From Thermoplasmatota archaeon (GTDB lineage: Archaea > Thermoplasmatota > Thermoplasmata > Thermoplasmatales > Thermoplasmataceae), in the NCBI GenBank assembly GCA_023379825.1, contig JAMCPQ010000023.1, positions 16 to 64,015 on the forward strand: a DNA stretch of 64,000 nt. Direction: 5' to 3'. The notes beneath the pieces are model-generated. The model worked only from the letters and a program-made list of their open reading frames with translations. It had not been told where the DNA came from and did no database searches. Positions 10,263 through 19,932 of the stretch are shown here, in pieces. Numbering within the stretch: the stretch's first letter is position 1; every line of letters starts with the position of its first letter. The position numbers were made by a program, and so were the translations under genes.

Positions 10263-10930
10263 TGGCAGAAGAAACATGGATACCAAAGACACAGTTAGGT
10301 AAGATGGTTGCCTCTGGTGAAATAAAGACAATCTCAGAGGCGCTTAGAGCGAAACTTCCTCTCAAGGAGTACCAGATAGTCGATTATCTTGTTCCCAACC
10401 TGAAGGATGAGGTTATCGACATAGAAAGGGCCCAGAGAATGACCGACTCCGGCAGGAGAATGAGTTACTCAGTTACTGCTGTTGTAGGAAATGAGGATGG
10501 GTATATTGGCCTTGGAAGGGGAAAGGCGAAGGAAGCAGCACCTGCCATCAGAAAGGCAATAAACAATGCCAAGCTCAACCTCATAGAGGTGAAGAGGGGC
10601 TGCGGATCCTGGGAATGCGGGTGTGGACGTGCACATACTCTTCCTTTTCTTGTTACAGGAAAATCAGGTTCAGTGGAAGTGACACTTAAACCTGCGCCTC
10701 AGGGTGTGGGGAGGGCAGTCGGAGATATTCCAAAGATTATACTGAGGATGGCTGGAATTGAGGATGCCTGGGGAGTTTCTGCCGGGCACACAAAGACCAC
10801 AGTAAACTACGCGCTTGCATCCTTTGACTGCATGAAGAGGACGGCCAAGATGAAAATCAATGCGTCACTGAAGATCAGTACGCCTATATATTCGGGGAGT
10901 GTAGCAAATGCTAGCAGTAATCAGGATTAG
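10262..10930 (+). CDS. rps5: 30S ribosomal protein uS5
   Basis: QRMTDSGRR, RGCGSWECGC. Confidence 0.98.
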   Translation: MAEETWIPKTQLGKMVASGEIKTISEALRAKLPLKEYQIVDYLVPNLKDEVIDIERAQRMTDSGRRMSYSVTAVVGNEDGYIGLGRGKAKEAAPAIRKAINNAKLNLIEVKRGCGSWECGCGRAHTLPFLVTGKSGSVEVTLKPAPQGVGRAVGDIPKIILRMAGIEDAWGVSAGHTKTTVNYALASFDCMKRTAKMKINASLKISTPIYSGSVANASSNQD

Positions 10931-11405
10931 GGGAGAGACAGGAATAAGACCACAGGCCCAGAAGACAACTGAACTTCTCAGACTTCACAAGATTAACCAT
11001 CTGGTTCTTGTAGAAGACAATGACAGTTTCAGGGCAATGCTTCAAACTGCCAAGGACTACCTCACATGGGGAGAGGTTGACGAACATACTGTAGAAGCCC
11101 TTCTGGAGAACAGGGCGCTTCTCAAGGGAAGAAAACCACTTGAGGAAGATAAACTGTCTGAAATCTCAGGATACAAGACATACAAGACACTTGCAAAAGC
11201 CCTTGTATCTGGAAAAAAGAAATTCTCAGAGATAGAGGATATTGTTCCAGTTATACGCCTGAACCCTCCGAGAGGAGGTTATGAGGCAATAAGGAAGAAT
11301 TTCTCGCAGGGCGGATCAGCCGGCTACAGAGGAAAGGAGATCAACAATCTCATTATGAGAATGATCAAACCTGGAGTTGATATGAATGGTAAGGACCAGA
11401 ACTAA
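10908..11405 (+). CDS. rpl30: 50S ribosomal protein uL30
   Basis: AVIRIRG, LRLHKINH, RLNPPRGG. Confidence 0.97.
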   Translation: MLAVIRIRGETGIRPQAQKTTELLRLHKINHLVLVEDNDSFRAMLQTAKDYLTWGEVDEHTVEALLENRALLKGRKPLEEDKLSEISGYKTYKTLAKALVSGKKKFSEIEDIVPVIRLNPPRGGYEAIRKNFSQGGSAGYRGKEINNLIMRMIKPGVDMNGKDQN

Positions 11406-11826
11406 GAAGCTCAGAGGAGGACACTACGGCAGAGGAATGAAGGCCGGACGTGGAAAAGGAAAGAAAGGGGGAAGCGGAATGGCTGGTCTTGGAAAGCACC
11501 ATTCCGTGTGGCTTTTGAAATACGACCGCGACCACTTCGGTGTGCATGGTTTCACCAGTCATCACCCCTCAAAGCCCGTTGTCCCGATCACACTGGGAGA
11601 GCTTTCAAATTTAATGGATTCCCTGACAGAGAGAGGTTTTGCCAAGGAAGTAAATGGAACTCTCAGCATAGACCTTAAAGGAGCCGGATACGACAAGCTT
11701 CTGGGTTCCGGGGATTTCAGGGAGAAGTCTGTGATAAAGGTTTCGAAGGTGACCGAAAAAGCATTAAACAAGCTTAATGCTCAGGGTATTACGGTAGAAA
11801 CTGATGAGGGAGATTCAGCGGCGTAA
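11386..11826 (+). CDS. rpl15: 50S ribosomal protein uL15
   Basis: GKKGGSGMAG, GYDKLLGSG. Confidence 0.97.
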   Translation: MVRTRTKKLRGGHYGRGMKAGRGKGKKGGSGMAGLGKHHSVWLLKYDRDHFGVHGFTSHHPSKPVVPITLGELSNLMDSLTERGFAKEVNGTLSIDLKGAGYDKLLGSGDFREKSVIKVSKVTEKALNKLNAQGITVETDEGDSAA

Positions 11827-13567
11827 GGGAGTAGCCATTCCGCTCGTAATTATTTACGGGCTTCTGGTTGCTGCCTTCTGGTACATCAGCCATTATCCAA
11901 TCCTGCAGGTTGTGGTTGCGGCGGTGCTTCTGGCACCGGTCTTTGTTATTGGTTATCTTGTCTTCAGTTACAACGGTCCGAAAAACAGCAAGCTGTATGG
12001 TCTGGAGTATCTCACCTCAAAACTTCCTGCCGTTAAAAAGGCAAAAGGGCACGTCAAATTCAAGTACAAGCTGATGTGGACAGCCCTTGTGGTTATACTC
12101 TATTTTGCCCTCACAAACGTTTACGTTTATGGTCTAAATGCGTCACGGACAATTGATGTATTTGCCTCATTCAGGGCCATATTCGCAGGTGCAAGTGGGT
12201 CCCTCATGGATCTTGGTATAGGGCCTATCGTCACAGCAAGTATAGTGATGCAGCTTTTTGCAGGAGCCAAGATTTTCAACATAGATCTGCAGAATTCAGA
12301 GGACAGGGCTATTTATCAGGGAGTTCAGAAACTACTTGTTATTATAATGATTTTCGTGGAGGCTATTCCTCAGGCTTTTGGGTACATCGTTCCGGATGCA
12401 AGTCTGGTATCCAGCCTCAATGCGGTGGCCCCAGGGTTCGGCCATTTTCTGGCTGAATCTATAATTGTGCTGCAGCTGTTCTTCGGGTCATACCTGGTAT
12501 TCCTTATGGATGAAGTGGTATCTAAATATGGAATCGGTTCAGGTATATCTCTTTTCATTGCTGCAGGAGTATCACAGCAGCTGGTTACAGGAACATTCAG
12601 CTGGATTCCTACAACAATCGGTGCACCACTTTCACTTAGCAACCCTCCAGCAGGTGCTCTTCCAAAGATGCTTTTCATAATCACACATTCATCCGGAAGC
12701 TCACTTCTTTCAAATGGCGTTCTAAGTGTGCTGTTCCAGCAGCCCAACCCCATGATTGCACTAATAGGCACAATACTTATATTCTTCATAGTTGCATATT
12801 TCCAGAGCAGCAAAATTGAGCTTCCCATTGCTCATGAAAGGGTAAGGGGGGCAAGAGGAAGATATCCATTGCAGCTGCTGTATGCATCAAACATACCTGT
12901 CATACTTGCTACTGCACTCCTTGCAAACGTATCAATGTGGACACTGCTCTTCTGGAGCTCACCGGTTCTGAGTAAGATTCCAATTCTGGGGCATAATCCC
13001 CTTTTAGGCTCTTATCCAACAGCGGCGCAGGTAAGTTCTGTAGCTGGGATATCGTCAACAACACCAATGGGCGGTCTGGCATATTACCTGTACTCCCCTA
13101 ACGGTTTATCGGACTGGCTCTTTCCAATATTGCAGCCCTCCTCATATCAGAATGTTCTGTTCGGGCATGCCGGTTGGGAGGAAGCCATTCACATACTTGT
13201 GTTCCTTGCCTTCATGATCATTGCATCAGTGATATTCGCCAAGTTCTGGATAGAAACCACTAACATGGGTCCTTCAGCTGTTGCAAAGCAGATAATGTCC
13301 AGTGGTATGCAGATTCCCGGATTCAGGCGGGACCCAAAGGTCATTGAGAAGGTGCTGAAGAAATATATACCGGCCATAACAGTATTCAGTGGAGCCATCG
13401 TCGGTCTTCTGGCGGCAGGGGCCAACCTCATAGGGACGGTGGGGGATACAAGCGGTACCGGCCTGTTACTGGCCGTTGGAATTGTGATCCAGTTCTATGA
13501 GGCCATGGGCAAAGAGCAGATGATGGAGATGCACCCTGTCATAAGACAGTTCTTTGCAGGTGCTTAG
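11804..13567 (+). CDS. secY: Preprotein translocase SecY, long form with extra N-terminal hydrophobic segments
   Basis: LMDLGIGPIVTASIVMQL, GIGSGISLFIAA, LLYASNIPVIL, MQIPGFR. Confidence 0.98.
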   Translation: MREIQRRKGVAIPLVIIYGLLVAAFWYISHYPILQVVVAAVLLAPVFVIGYLVFSYNGPKNSKLYGLEYLTSKLPAVKKAKGHVKFKYKLMWTALVVILYFALTNVYVYGLNASRTIDVFASFRAIFAGASGSLMDLGIGPIVTASIVMQLFAGAKIFNIDLQNSEDRAIYQGVQKLLVIIMIFVEAIPQAFGYIVPDASLVSSLNAVAPGFGHFLAESIIVLQLFFGSYLVFLMDEVVSKYGIGSGISLFIAAGVSQQLVTGTFSWIPTTIGAPLSLSNPPAGALPKMLFIITHSSGSSLLSNGVLSVLFQQPNPMIALIGTILIFFIVAYFQSSKIELPIAHERVRGARGRYPLQLLYASNIPVILATALLANVSMWTLLFWSSPVLSKIPILGHNPLLGSYPTAAQVSSVAGISSTTPMGGLAYYLYSPNGLSDWLFPILQPSSYQNVLFGHAGWEEAIHILVFLAFMIIASVIFAKFWIETTNMGPSAVAKQIMSSGMQIPGFRRDPKVIEKVLKKYIPAITVFSGAIVGLLAAGANLIGTVGDTSGTGLLLAVGIVIQFYEAMGKEQMMEMHPVIRQFFAGA

Positions 13568-14122
13568 ATGAGGGTGGTCGTCTCCGGTATTCCAGGGGTG
13601 GGTAAGTCCACCGTCCTTGAAATGCTCAAAAAGAAGACAGATTACGAGATAATAAATTTCGGTACACTAATGTATGAGATGGCAAGGGACATTGGACTTG
13701 TCAGGAGCCGGGATGAACTGAGAAAACTGCCTATTGATACACAGATAAATCTTCAGAAGAAGGCATCGGCCGCAATTGGAAGGATGGAGAATGTTGTCAT
13801 AGATACTCACATGACAATCAAAACTCCGGACGGATACATGCCTGGATTGCCAGAATGGGTTCTCCGTGAGTTGAAATGCTCTGCCTATTTTGTAATTGAG
13901 GCAGATCCTCAGTCCATTCTCAAGAGAAGATCATCCGATGGAACACGTTCAAGGGATTCCGAGATGCTTGATGACATTATTGAACATCAGGCCATTAACA
14001 GATCCTTCGTGGCATCCTGTTCTATTTATACTGGGGCAACGGTGTCACTGATAAAGAATGAGGATGGAAAAGCTGAATTAGCAGCACAGAATATAGTACG
14101 CAGGTTGATGAAGAATGCCTAA
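13568..14122 (+). CDS. adkA: Archaeal adenylate kinase
   Basis: P-loop GIPGVGKST, DTH, GYMPGLP; follows secY. Confidence 0.95.
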   Translation: MRVVVSGIPGVGKSTVLEMLKKKTDYEIINFGTLMYEMARDIGLVRSRDELRKLPIDTQINLQKKASAAIGRMENVVIDTHMTIKTPDGYMPGLPEWVLRELKCSAYFVIEADPQSILKRRSSDGTRSRDSEMLDDIIEHQAINRSFVASCSIYTGATVSLIKNEDGKAELAAQNIVRRLMKNA

Positions 14123-14834
14123 CAATCAGCGTACATCCTCAAGGCCGCAAATGTCTCCTGAGCAGGCTCAGGCTCAGAAGTCTCAGCTGACATTCACAAT
14201 GATATATATGCTGATACTTCTTGTTAACATAACAATCATTTCAAACACAACTCTCAGGAACGATGTGGGTGGAGCTCTTTCTGTGGTACTTATTCCACTC
14301 ATAGGCTTCAACTACAAGTATCCTCTTCTCACAATTGTCCTGGTTGGTGTCCTTATAGGTCTGGTCACCTCCATACCGAGATATTTCTTCACGGACTGGA
14401 TCAAGATGGGGCGCCTTCAGCAGAGACAGCAGGCATTCAATAAGGTTTTCAGGGAGGCTTACAGAAATAACGAGAAGGACAAGATACAGAAGCTTCAGAA
14501 GATGAGAATGCAGATGAGCACAGAACAGATGCAGCAGAGCATGAACACAACTAAGCCTCTCATGGTTCTATCTTTCTTCACACTCCTGCTATTTGCCTGG
14601 GTCTATTACTTCATAGACAAGCTTCACTACAAGATAGTTGCCTATCCATGGAATTTCAACATAAATGTGGTTTCATCACACATTTCAATCGCAGAGTACT
14701 GGATGATCACATATGCTTTCACATCCCTGGTCATAGGATATCTGGCAACGATGCTGATCAAATACTTTGACTTCACCTACAAACTGAAGAAACTTGAAAA
14801 GAAAGAGATAGCCTTCAATGAGAATTACAATTAG
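14115..14834 (+). CDS. DUF106 / EMC3-TMCO1 (Oxa1 superfamily) membrane protein
   Basis: TM - coiled coil (QKLQKMRMQM) - KPLMV - TMs; conserved position after adk. Confidence 0.85.
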   Translation: MPNNQRTSSRPQMSPEQAQAQKSQLTFTMIYMLILLVNITIISNTTLRNDVGGALSVVLIPLIGFNYKYPLLTIVLVGVLIGLVTSIPRYFFTDWIKMGRLQQRQQAFNKVFREAYRNNEKDKIQKLQKMRMQMSTEQMQQSMNTTKPLMVLSFFTLLLFAWVYYFIDKLHYKIVAYPWNFNINVVSSHISIAEYWMITYAFTSLVIGYLATMLIKYFDFTYKLKKLEKKEIAFNENYN

Positions 14835-15354
14835 TGGCCCCATTGGAAGCGGGAAATCCACCGTTGGAAAGATCATAGCGAAGAAGCTTGATCTCCCATT
14901 TTTTTCCGGGGGAAGCATATTCCGGGAACAGGCAAAGAAGCATGGAATGACAGTGGAGGAGTTTAATACATTCTCAGAAACACACAGGGATATTGATATT
15001 GACCTTGACAACATGCAGCTGAACTATCTCAGGGAGCATGGGGATATTGTTTTTGAGTCAAGGCTGGCGGGATGGCTTTGCAGCAGTAATGGCATAGATG
15101 CCCTGAAGATATTTCTGGACGCCTCAGAAAACGTCAGATTCACCAGAGTCAGAAACAGGGAAAATCCATCGGACGATGATACTCTCAGAAATCTGATGAG
15201 GAGCAGGGAAAGGTCAGAGCACATCAGGTATCAGGAACTTTATGGGCTGGACTATAATGATCATTCCTTCTATGATCTATATATAAACACTGACGATATG
15301 CTCGCAGACGAGGTAGCGGAAATTGCCATCAGACATTGCAACAAGATTCAATGA
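14818..15354 (+). CDS. cmk: Cytidylate kinase
   Basis: ITISGPIGSGKST, ESRLAGW, YDLYINT. Confidence 0.95.
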   Translation: MRITISGPIGSGKSTVGKIIAKKLDLPFFSGGSIFREQAKKHGMTVEEFNTFSETHRDIDIDLDNMQLNYLREHGDIVFESRLAGWLCSSNGIDALKIFLDASENVRFTRVRNRENPSDDDTLRNLMRSRERSEHIRYQELYGLDYNDHSFYDLYINTDDMLADEVAEIAIRHCNKIQ

Positions 15355-16402
15355 TTCATTCATTGTCTTAGACAAACCAAAGGGACCAACAAGCCATCAG
15401 GTTGACTACTGGGTCAGAGAGATTACAGGGATACAGAGAGTAGGCCATGTTGGCACACTTGATCCCGGAGTTACAGGGGTTCTGGTGATGGCCACCGGGA
15501 AGGCAGTTAAGCTTATAGACATAATACATGAGCAGCCAAAGGAGTACGTCTGTGTCATGCGCCTGTATCATGATGTCAGTGATGAGAGGCTGAACGAGGT
15601 TTTTCAGGAATTTACCGGTAAAATATACCAGATTCCCCCAATGCGCTCAGCTGTTGCCAGAACCCTCAGGGAGAGGGAGATCTATGGTATGGAGATAATG
15701 GAAAGGTCCGATAAGCTTGTGCTTTTCAGGGTCAGATGTCAGTCAGGTACCTATATCAGGACACTGTGCACAGACATAGGATATGCACTTGGTGTTGGGG
15801 CACAGATGGCAGAGCTCAGAAGGACTTCAACCGGCATATTCAACGAGGATGGAGGAATAATCACCCTTCAGGAACTCAAGGATTCCGTGGCCCTTTTGAA
15901 TGAGGGTAAAGAACCAGGCAAATTGAATGGGATATTTCCTATGGACTATCCCCTTAAAGAACTTCCGAAAATAGTTGTAAAGTCAAGTTCCCTTAAGAAC
16001 ATTTCAATGGGCTCTGATCTCTTTCCTGGGGGGATCAGGGCTGTGCTGGGCAATCCCCACAAAGGAGACAGAGTGGGTGTATACTCTGACAGAAACGATC
16101 TTGTTGGAACAGGAATAATGCTTGTTGATTATGACAGCATATCAGATCTTAAGGTAGTTGATTTTGACAGGATAATGATACCTGCGCCTGAGAATCCCGC
16201 AAAGCATAACAGAGAGGAACGTCCAGCAAAACCTCCTGAACCCAGACCGCGTAATTCAGGAAAGGGCATGGGAGAAAGGACATTTAAGCAGGGGGAGAGG
16301 AAGAGCCCGCAATTCAATCAAAGAGATAGAGTTAGAAATAACGATAAGCCGAAAGTAGACAGGAGGGAGAAATGGAAAAAAAGGCCTCAAAGGAAGAGGT
16401 GA
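15323..16402 (+). CDS. cbf5: H/ACA pseudouridine synthase Cbf5 with basic C-terminal tail
   Basis: LDKPKGPTSHQV, GHVGTLDP (catalytic Asp), SGTYIRTLC, PUA domain. Confidence 0.96.
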   Translation: MPSDIATRFNDSFIVLDKPKGPTSHQVDYWVREITGIQRVGHVGTLDPGVTGVLVMATGKAVKLIDIIHEQPKEYVCVMRLYHDVSDERLNEVFQEFTGKIYQIPPMRSAVARTLREREIYGMEIMERSDKLVLFRVRCQSGTYIRTLCTDIGYALGVGAQMAELRRTSTGIFNEDGGIITLQELKDSVALLNEGKEPGKLNGIFPMDYPLKELPKIVVKSSSLKNISMGSDLFPGGIRAVLGNPHKGDRVGVYSDRNDLVGTGIMLVDYDSISDLKVVDFDRIMIPAPENPAKHNREERPAKPPEPRPRNSGKGMGERTFKQGERKSPQFNQRDRVRNNDKPKVDRREKWKKRPQRKR

Positions 16403-17202
16403 AGTGGTATGGCCTCACAAGCAGAGGCCGTAACATGCTTTTCAGGGACCTTGAGACCAGATATATTGAAATATTCAGTTCCCTCAGAGAGGGCAAGGTT
16501 CCTGAACTTTCCGAAAAAGCAGGGCCGATTCCTGATCTGAGGCCTCTTCTCATAGAATATGGCAGGATGAGGATAAAGGAGGAATTCACCCACGACCAGT
16601 ACCTCAGAAGGGTCTATTCCCTGATCCCTGAACTGAACAAATCGATCAACCTCATATTCGAGAAGATGACAGTTCTCACTCCATTTATAGAGGGCTCAAG
16701 CAACTCCAATGATCCATGCGGGTTTTTCAGAAGCCTTTCCGGTGCAGACTTTCCGGAATACTCCAGAAAGATTATCTCTGAAATATCTGAAACCGCTGGA
16801 AGGCTATGCTCGCTGAAATCCCAGATATCGGATTTCCTCCGTGGGGAAATTGTAGGAATTATGCCAAACACATCATCTCTTGCTGGGGTGGATCTTGCAA
16901 TTGAGCTTCTGGCAAGGGGAGGGAGCCTTGAGAACCTTTCCAAGATGTCAGGGAGTTCAATACAGGTTCTCGGAGCAGAGAAGGCACTGTTCAAACACAT
17001 AGTTTCAGGTTCTAAGCCGCCAAAGCATGGAGTGATATTCCGGTTCCCGGGGCTGTCTTCCCTGAAACCCAGAGAGAGGGGAAAAGCTGCAAGAGTTGCA
17101 GCGAATCAGATTGCCCTGACACTCAGAGCTGATATGGCAGGAAGTGTTATGGATCTGCAACCTCTTAGGGAGAAGATCGCCAGATCCATGAAAAGAAGAT
17201 AG
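16372..17202 (+). CDS. nop5: Box C/D RNP protein Nop5 (short form; start may be GTG 16399)
   Basis: MPNTSSLAG, IQVLGAEKALF, PPKHGVIF, RGKAAR. Confidence 0.88.
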   Translation: MEKKASKEEVKWYGLTSRGRNMLFRDLETRYIEIFSSLREGKVPELSEKAGPIPDLRPLLIEYGRMRIKEEFTHDQYLRRVYSLIPELNKSINLIFEKMTVLTPFIEGSSNSNDPCGFFRSLSGADFPEYSRKIISEISETAGRLCSLKSQISDFLRGEIVGIMPNTSSLAGVDLAIELLARGGSLENLSKMSGSSIQVLGAEKALFKHIVSGSKPPKHGVIFRFPGLSSLKPRERGKAARVAANQIALTLRADMAGSVMDLQPLREKIARSMKRR

Positions 17203-17206
17203 GGGT

Positions 17207-18667
17207 TCAGGTATCCTCAGGTATAAATCTCTCAAGTTCGCTCTGGCCTGCCGCAGTTGGTCCGTGAACATTTATTGGGTATTCACCGGTTACACATGCA
17301 AGGCAGAGGTCATGTTTTTCTTTCTGAATGCTTCTGACCAGACCATCTGTTGAAATGTATCCCAGAGAGTCAACCTCAAGTTCCTTTGCTATCTCATCAA
17401 CTGTCTTTCCGGCAGCTATGAACTGATCTTTTGTTTTCATGTCAACTCCGAAGTAGCATGGGGAGATGATCTGCGGGCAGCCAATTCTCACATGTACCTC
17501 AAGGGCACCTGCCTTCCTGAGGAGATCAACTATCCTCTTCATGGTGTTTCCACGCACAATGCTGTCGTCCACCAGTACTATTCTCTTTCCCCTGACTTCC
17601 GAGGATATAACATTAAGTTTGAGCTTCAGTGCGCTGTTGCGAAGTTCCTGGGTAGGCATTATAAACGTCCTTTCAGAGAATCTGTTTTTTATGAGGCCCT
17701 CACTGTATTCTATACCGGACTCCATTGAAAAACCCAGTGCCTGTGCTCTGCCGGAGTCAGGAACGGCAAATACAACGTCGGCTTCAACAGGATATTCCCT
17801 TGCCAGCTCTCTTCCAAGAGCTACCCGGGCACTGTAGACTTCCCTCCCATCTATTATGCTGTCGGGTCTTGCGAAATAAACATATTCAAACATGCAGTGG
17901 GCCAGTTTCTTCGAAGGCACTGTCAGTATTGATTTAATATCATCAGGCATGATTTCAATGATTTCACCGGGCTTCACATCCCTGAGAAATTCTGCACCGA
18001 TAGTATCAAGTGCACAGCTTTCCGAGGCTGCTGCATAACCTCCCTGAAACTTCCCGATACAGAGGGGTCTGAACCCCATTGGATCACGGATTGCAAAGAG
18101 GCGGTCATTTATCATAAGTGTGATGGAGTATGCTCCTTTCAGCCTCTCCATGGAAAGTTTCAATCCAGGAATTATACCATGATTTACAATGTTTCTTGAG
18201 ATCTCCATGAGCATTACTTCTGTGTCAGAACTGCTCCTGAAGGTCATTCCGGACTTGAGAAGCTCAGAACGGAGGCGTTCGGCATTTGTTATCTCGCCAT
18301 TGTGTGATATGGCTAGATGCCCTACGGAGTTGGAGACTAAAAAAGGACCGGAATTCTCCATGGACTTGGAACCCGCTGTGGAATATCTTGTATGGCCTAT
18401 CCCCACCTTTCCCTCAAGAGTAATATCATTGAAATTTCCCCTTGAGCTGAAAACCTCGCTCACAAGGCCCATGCCCTTCTTGAGGTGAATGAGTCCGTCA
18501 GAATAAGTGGCAATACCAGCGCTTTCCTGCCCCCTATGCTGGAGAGTCTTTAGTGAAGCCAGAATGTATGGAAAACTTTCATCTGTGCCGCATATACCAA
18601 CTACGGCACAGTGATCATTTGGCTTTTGCCCATCTGTAGGATCTGAGTCTTGCAGCTGGGAATCCAC
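17207..18667 (-). CDS. purF: Amidophosphoribosyltransferase with propeptide and Fe-S cysteines
   Basis: CAVVG, LQHRGQES, GHTRYST, CMFEYVYFARPDS, VLVDDSIVRG, CLAC; proposed GTG start 18667 with SD GAGGTG 8 nt upstream. Confidence 0.95.
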   Translation of the reverse strand: MDSQLQDSDPTDGQKPNDHCAVVGICGTDESFPYILASLKTLQHRGQESAGIATYSDGLIHLKKGMGLVSEVFSSRGNFNDITLEGKVGIGHTRYSTAGSKSMENSGPFLVSNSVGHLAISHNGEITNAERLRSELLKSGMTFRSSSDTEVMLMEISRNIVNHGIIPGLKLSMERLKGAYSITLMINDRLFAIRDPMGFRPLCIGKFQGGYAAASESCALDTIGAEFLRDVKPGEIIEIMPDDIKSILTVPSKKLAHCMFEYVYFARPDSIIDGREVYSARVALGRELAREYPVEADVVFAVPDSGRAQALGFSMESGIEYSEGLIKNRFSERTFIMPTQELRNSALKLKLNVISSEVRGKRIVLVDDSIVRGNTMKRIVDLLRKAGALEVHVRIGCPQIISPCYFGVDMKTKDQFIAAGKTVDEIAKELEVDSLGYISTDGLVRSIQKEKHDLCLACVTGEYPINVHGPTAAGQSELERFIPEDT

Positions 18668-18779
18668 AGTGAGAGCACCTCTTCTGTCTAACATGATAAG
18701 TGTGATGTCCACATCTCCTGCATGTGACGTGAACTTTCTTATTATTCATCTTTCCCATTACTGCTGTTCCATTACTCAT
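18615..18779 (-). CDS. rpl37e: 50S ribosomal protein eL37 (not in ORF track, 54 aa)
   Basis: Translated by hand: MSNGTAVMGKMNNKKVHVTCRRCGHHTYHVRQKRCSHCGFPAARLRSYRWAKAK; follows the Sm gene. Confidence 0.96.
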   Translation of the reverse strand: MSNGTAVMGKMNNKKVHVTCRRCGHHTYHVRQKRCSHCGFPAARLRSYRWAKAK

Positions 18780-19030
18780 TGCATATCACCCTTTGATGGA
18801 GAGACAAAAATTACATTATCCCCTCTTACCAGGATCCTGTCATAAACACCACTGACATTCCCGCTAATGGTCTCACCGGCATTCCTGAGCACCAGGTTCA
18901 TGTATATATCATAACCTTCCAGTATACCCGAATATCCCCTGTTTCCCTTTACATCCACCAGGACATTCTTGTCTATCGATCCCCTGAGGACATCCATTGG
19001 CTTTGGGGCATTGGTCTGTGGCTTTGGCAT
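18776..19030 (-). CDS. Sm-like archaeal protein (SmAP1/Lsm)
   Basis: GILEGYDIYMNLVL, ILVRGDNVIFVSP. Confidence 0.95.
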   Translation of the reverse strand: MPKPQTNAPKPMDVLRGSIDKNVLVDVKGNRGYSGILEGYDIYMNLVLRNAGETISGNVSGVYDRILVRGDNVIFVSPSKGDMQ

Positions 19031-19153
19031 TTTGTTTCGGAACTTGATTGGAAGTGAATATATAACACTATTGCGTAATGTCTGTTCTTGATTAAAGGAC
19101 AGGCAATCCTTATCAATGCCGGTATCTTACAATTTACGGGAGATGCATTACAG

Positions 19154-19762
19154 ATGAAAGTGACAGAAAATATTGAACTCATAGACGGAACAATGGCGAA
19201 CTGCTATTCCGTGAAGACTGAATCAGGAGAAATACTGATAGATGCCGGAACAAAAGGATCGGCAAAGAAGATAATATCTTTCTACGAGATGAAGGGGTCC
19301 AAGCCTGTGGCAGTTCTGGTAACGCACTATCATCCCGATCATGTTGGGGGCCTTAAAGCTGTAAATGATGCTTTCCATCCCCAGATATATGTGCCGGATG
19401 CTGAGATTCAGGTCATTAGCGGCCAGGAGAAAATGAAGCCTGCGCCATCGATGCTTAGCAAGATGGTTGCAGGAATGATGAAAAGTTCACCTGTGGAGGG
19501 TTTGAAAAAAGCTTCTGAACTGAATATTCCTGGAATATCTGTGGTGGAAACTCCCGGCCATACTCCAGGAAGCACATCATATTACTTTGAGCCAGATTCC
19601 GCATTGTTTGTCGGTGATGCTGTTGTAATAAGCAAGGGACAAACGGGTATTAATAAGGCGTTCACTCTGGATATGGTCAAAGCTCAGGAATCCAGGAAAA
19701 AGATAGAGAACCACCCGGCATCTTTTCTGCTCTCAGGGCATGGTGAACCCCTGAAGAGGTGA
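19154..19762 (+). CDS. Metallo-beta-lactamase-fold hydrolase
   Basis: LIDAG, THYHPDH, TPGHTPG, GDA, GHG. Confidence 0.92.
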   Translation: MKVTENIELIDGTMANCYSVKTESGEILIDAGTKGSAKKIISFYEMKGSKPVAVLVTHYHPDHVGGLKAVNDAFHPQIYVPDAEIQVISGQEKMKPAPSMLSKMVAGMMKSSPVEGLKKASELNIPGISVVETPGHTPGSTSYYFEPDSALFVGDAVVISKGQTGINKAFTLDMVKAQESRKKIENHPASFLLSGHGEPLKR

Positions 19763-19932
19763 TTTTCTGGATCAGGGTCGAGGTAAACTCTACAAATATT
19801 TCTGCTGTCTTAATCAGATACCTTCTCCCTGCTCCCGGAGACGATTTGAAGAAACCTTATAAGAAAAGAATCAATGCAGCAAGACAAACCATTCAATGTG
19901 ATGGTTTCAGATATGCGCTCAAGGTGAATGTA

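Noticed and set aside
18668-18712. Longer purF start given by the ORF track
   Set aside because: Would extend the overlap deeper into rpl37e; GTG 18667 has the better SD
19759-19932. N-terminal extension of eL42 in the ORF track
   Set aside because: Region holds the TATA box and leader; the SD points to 19933/19939
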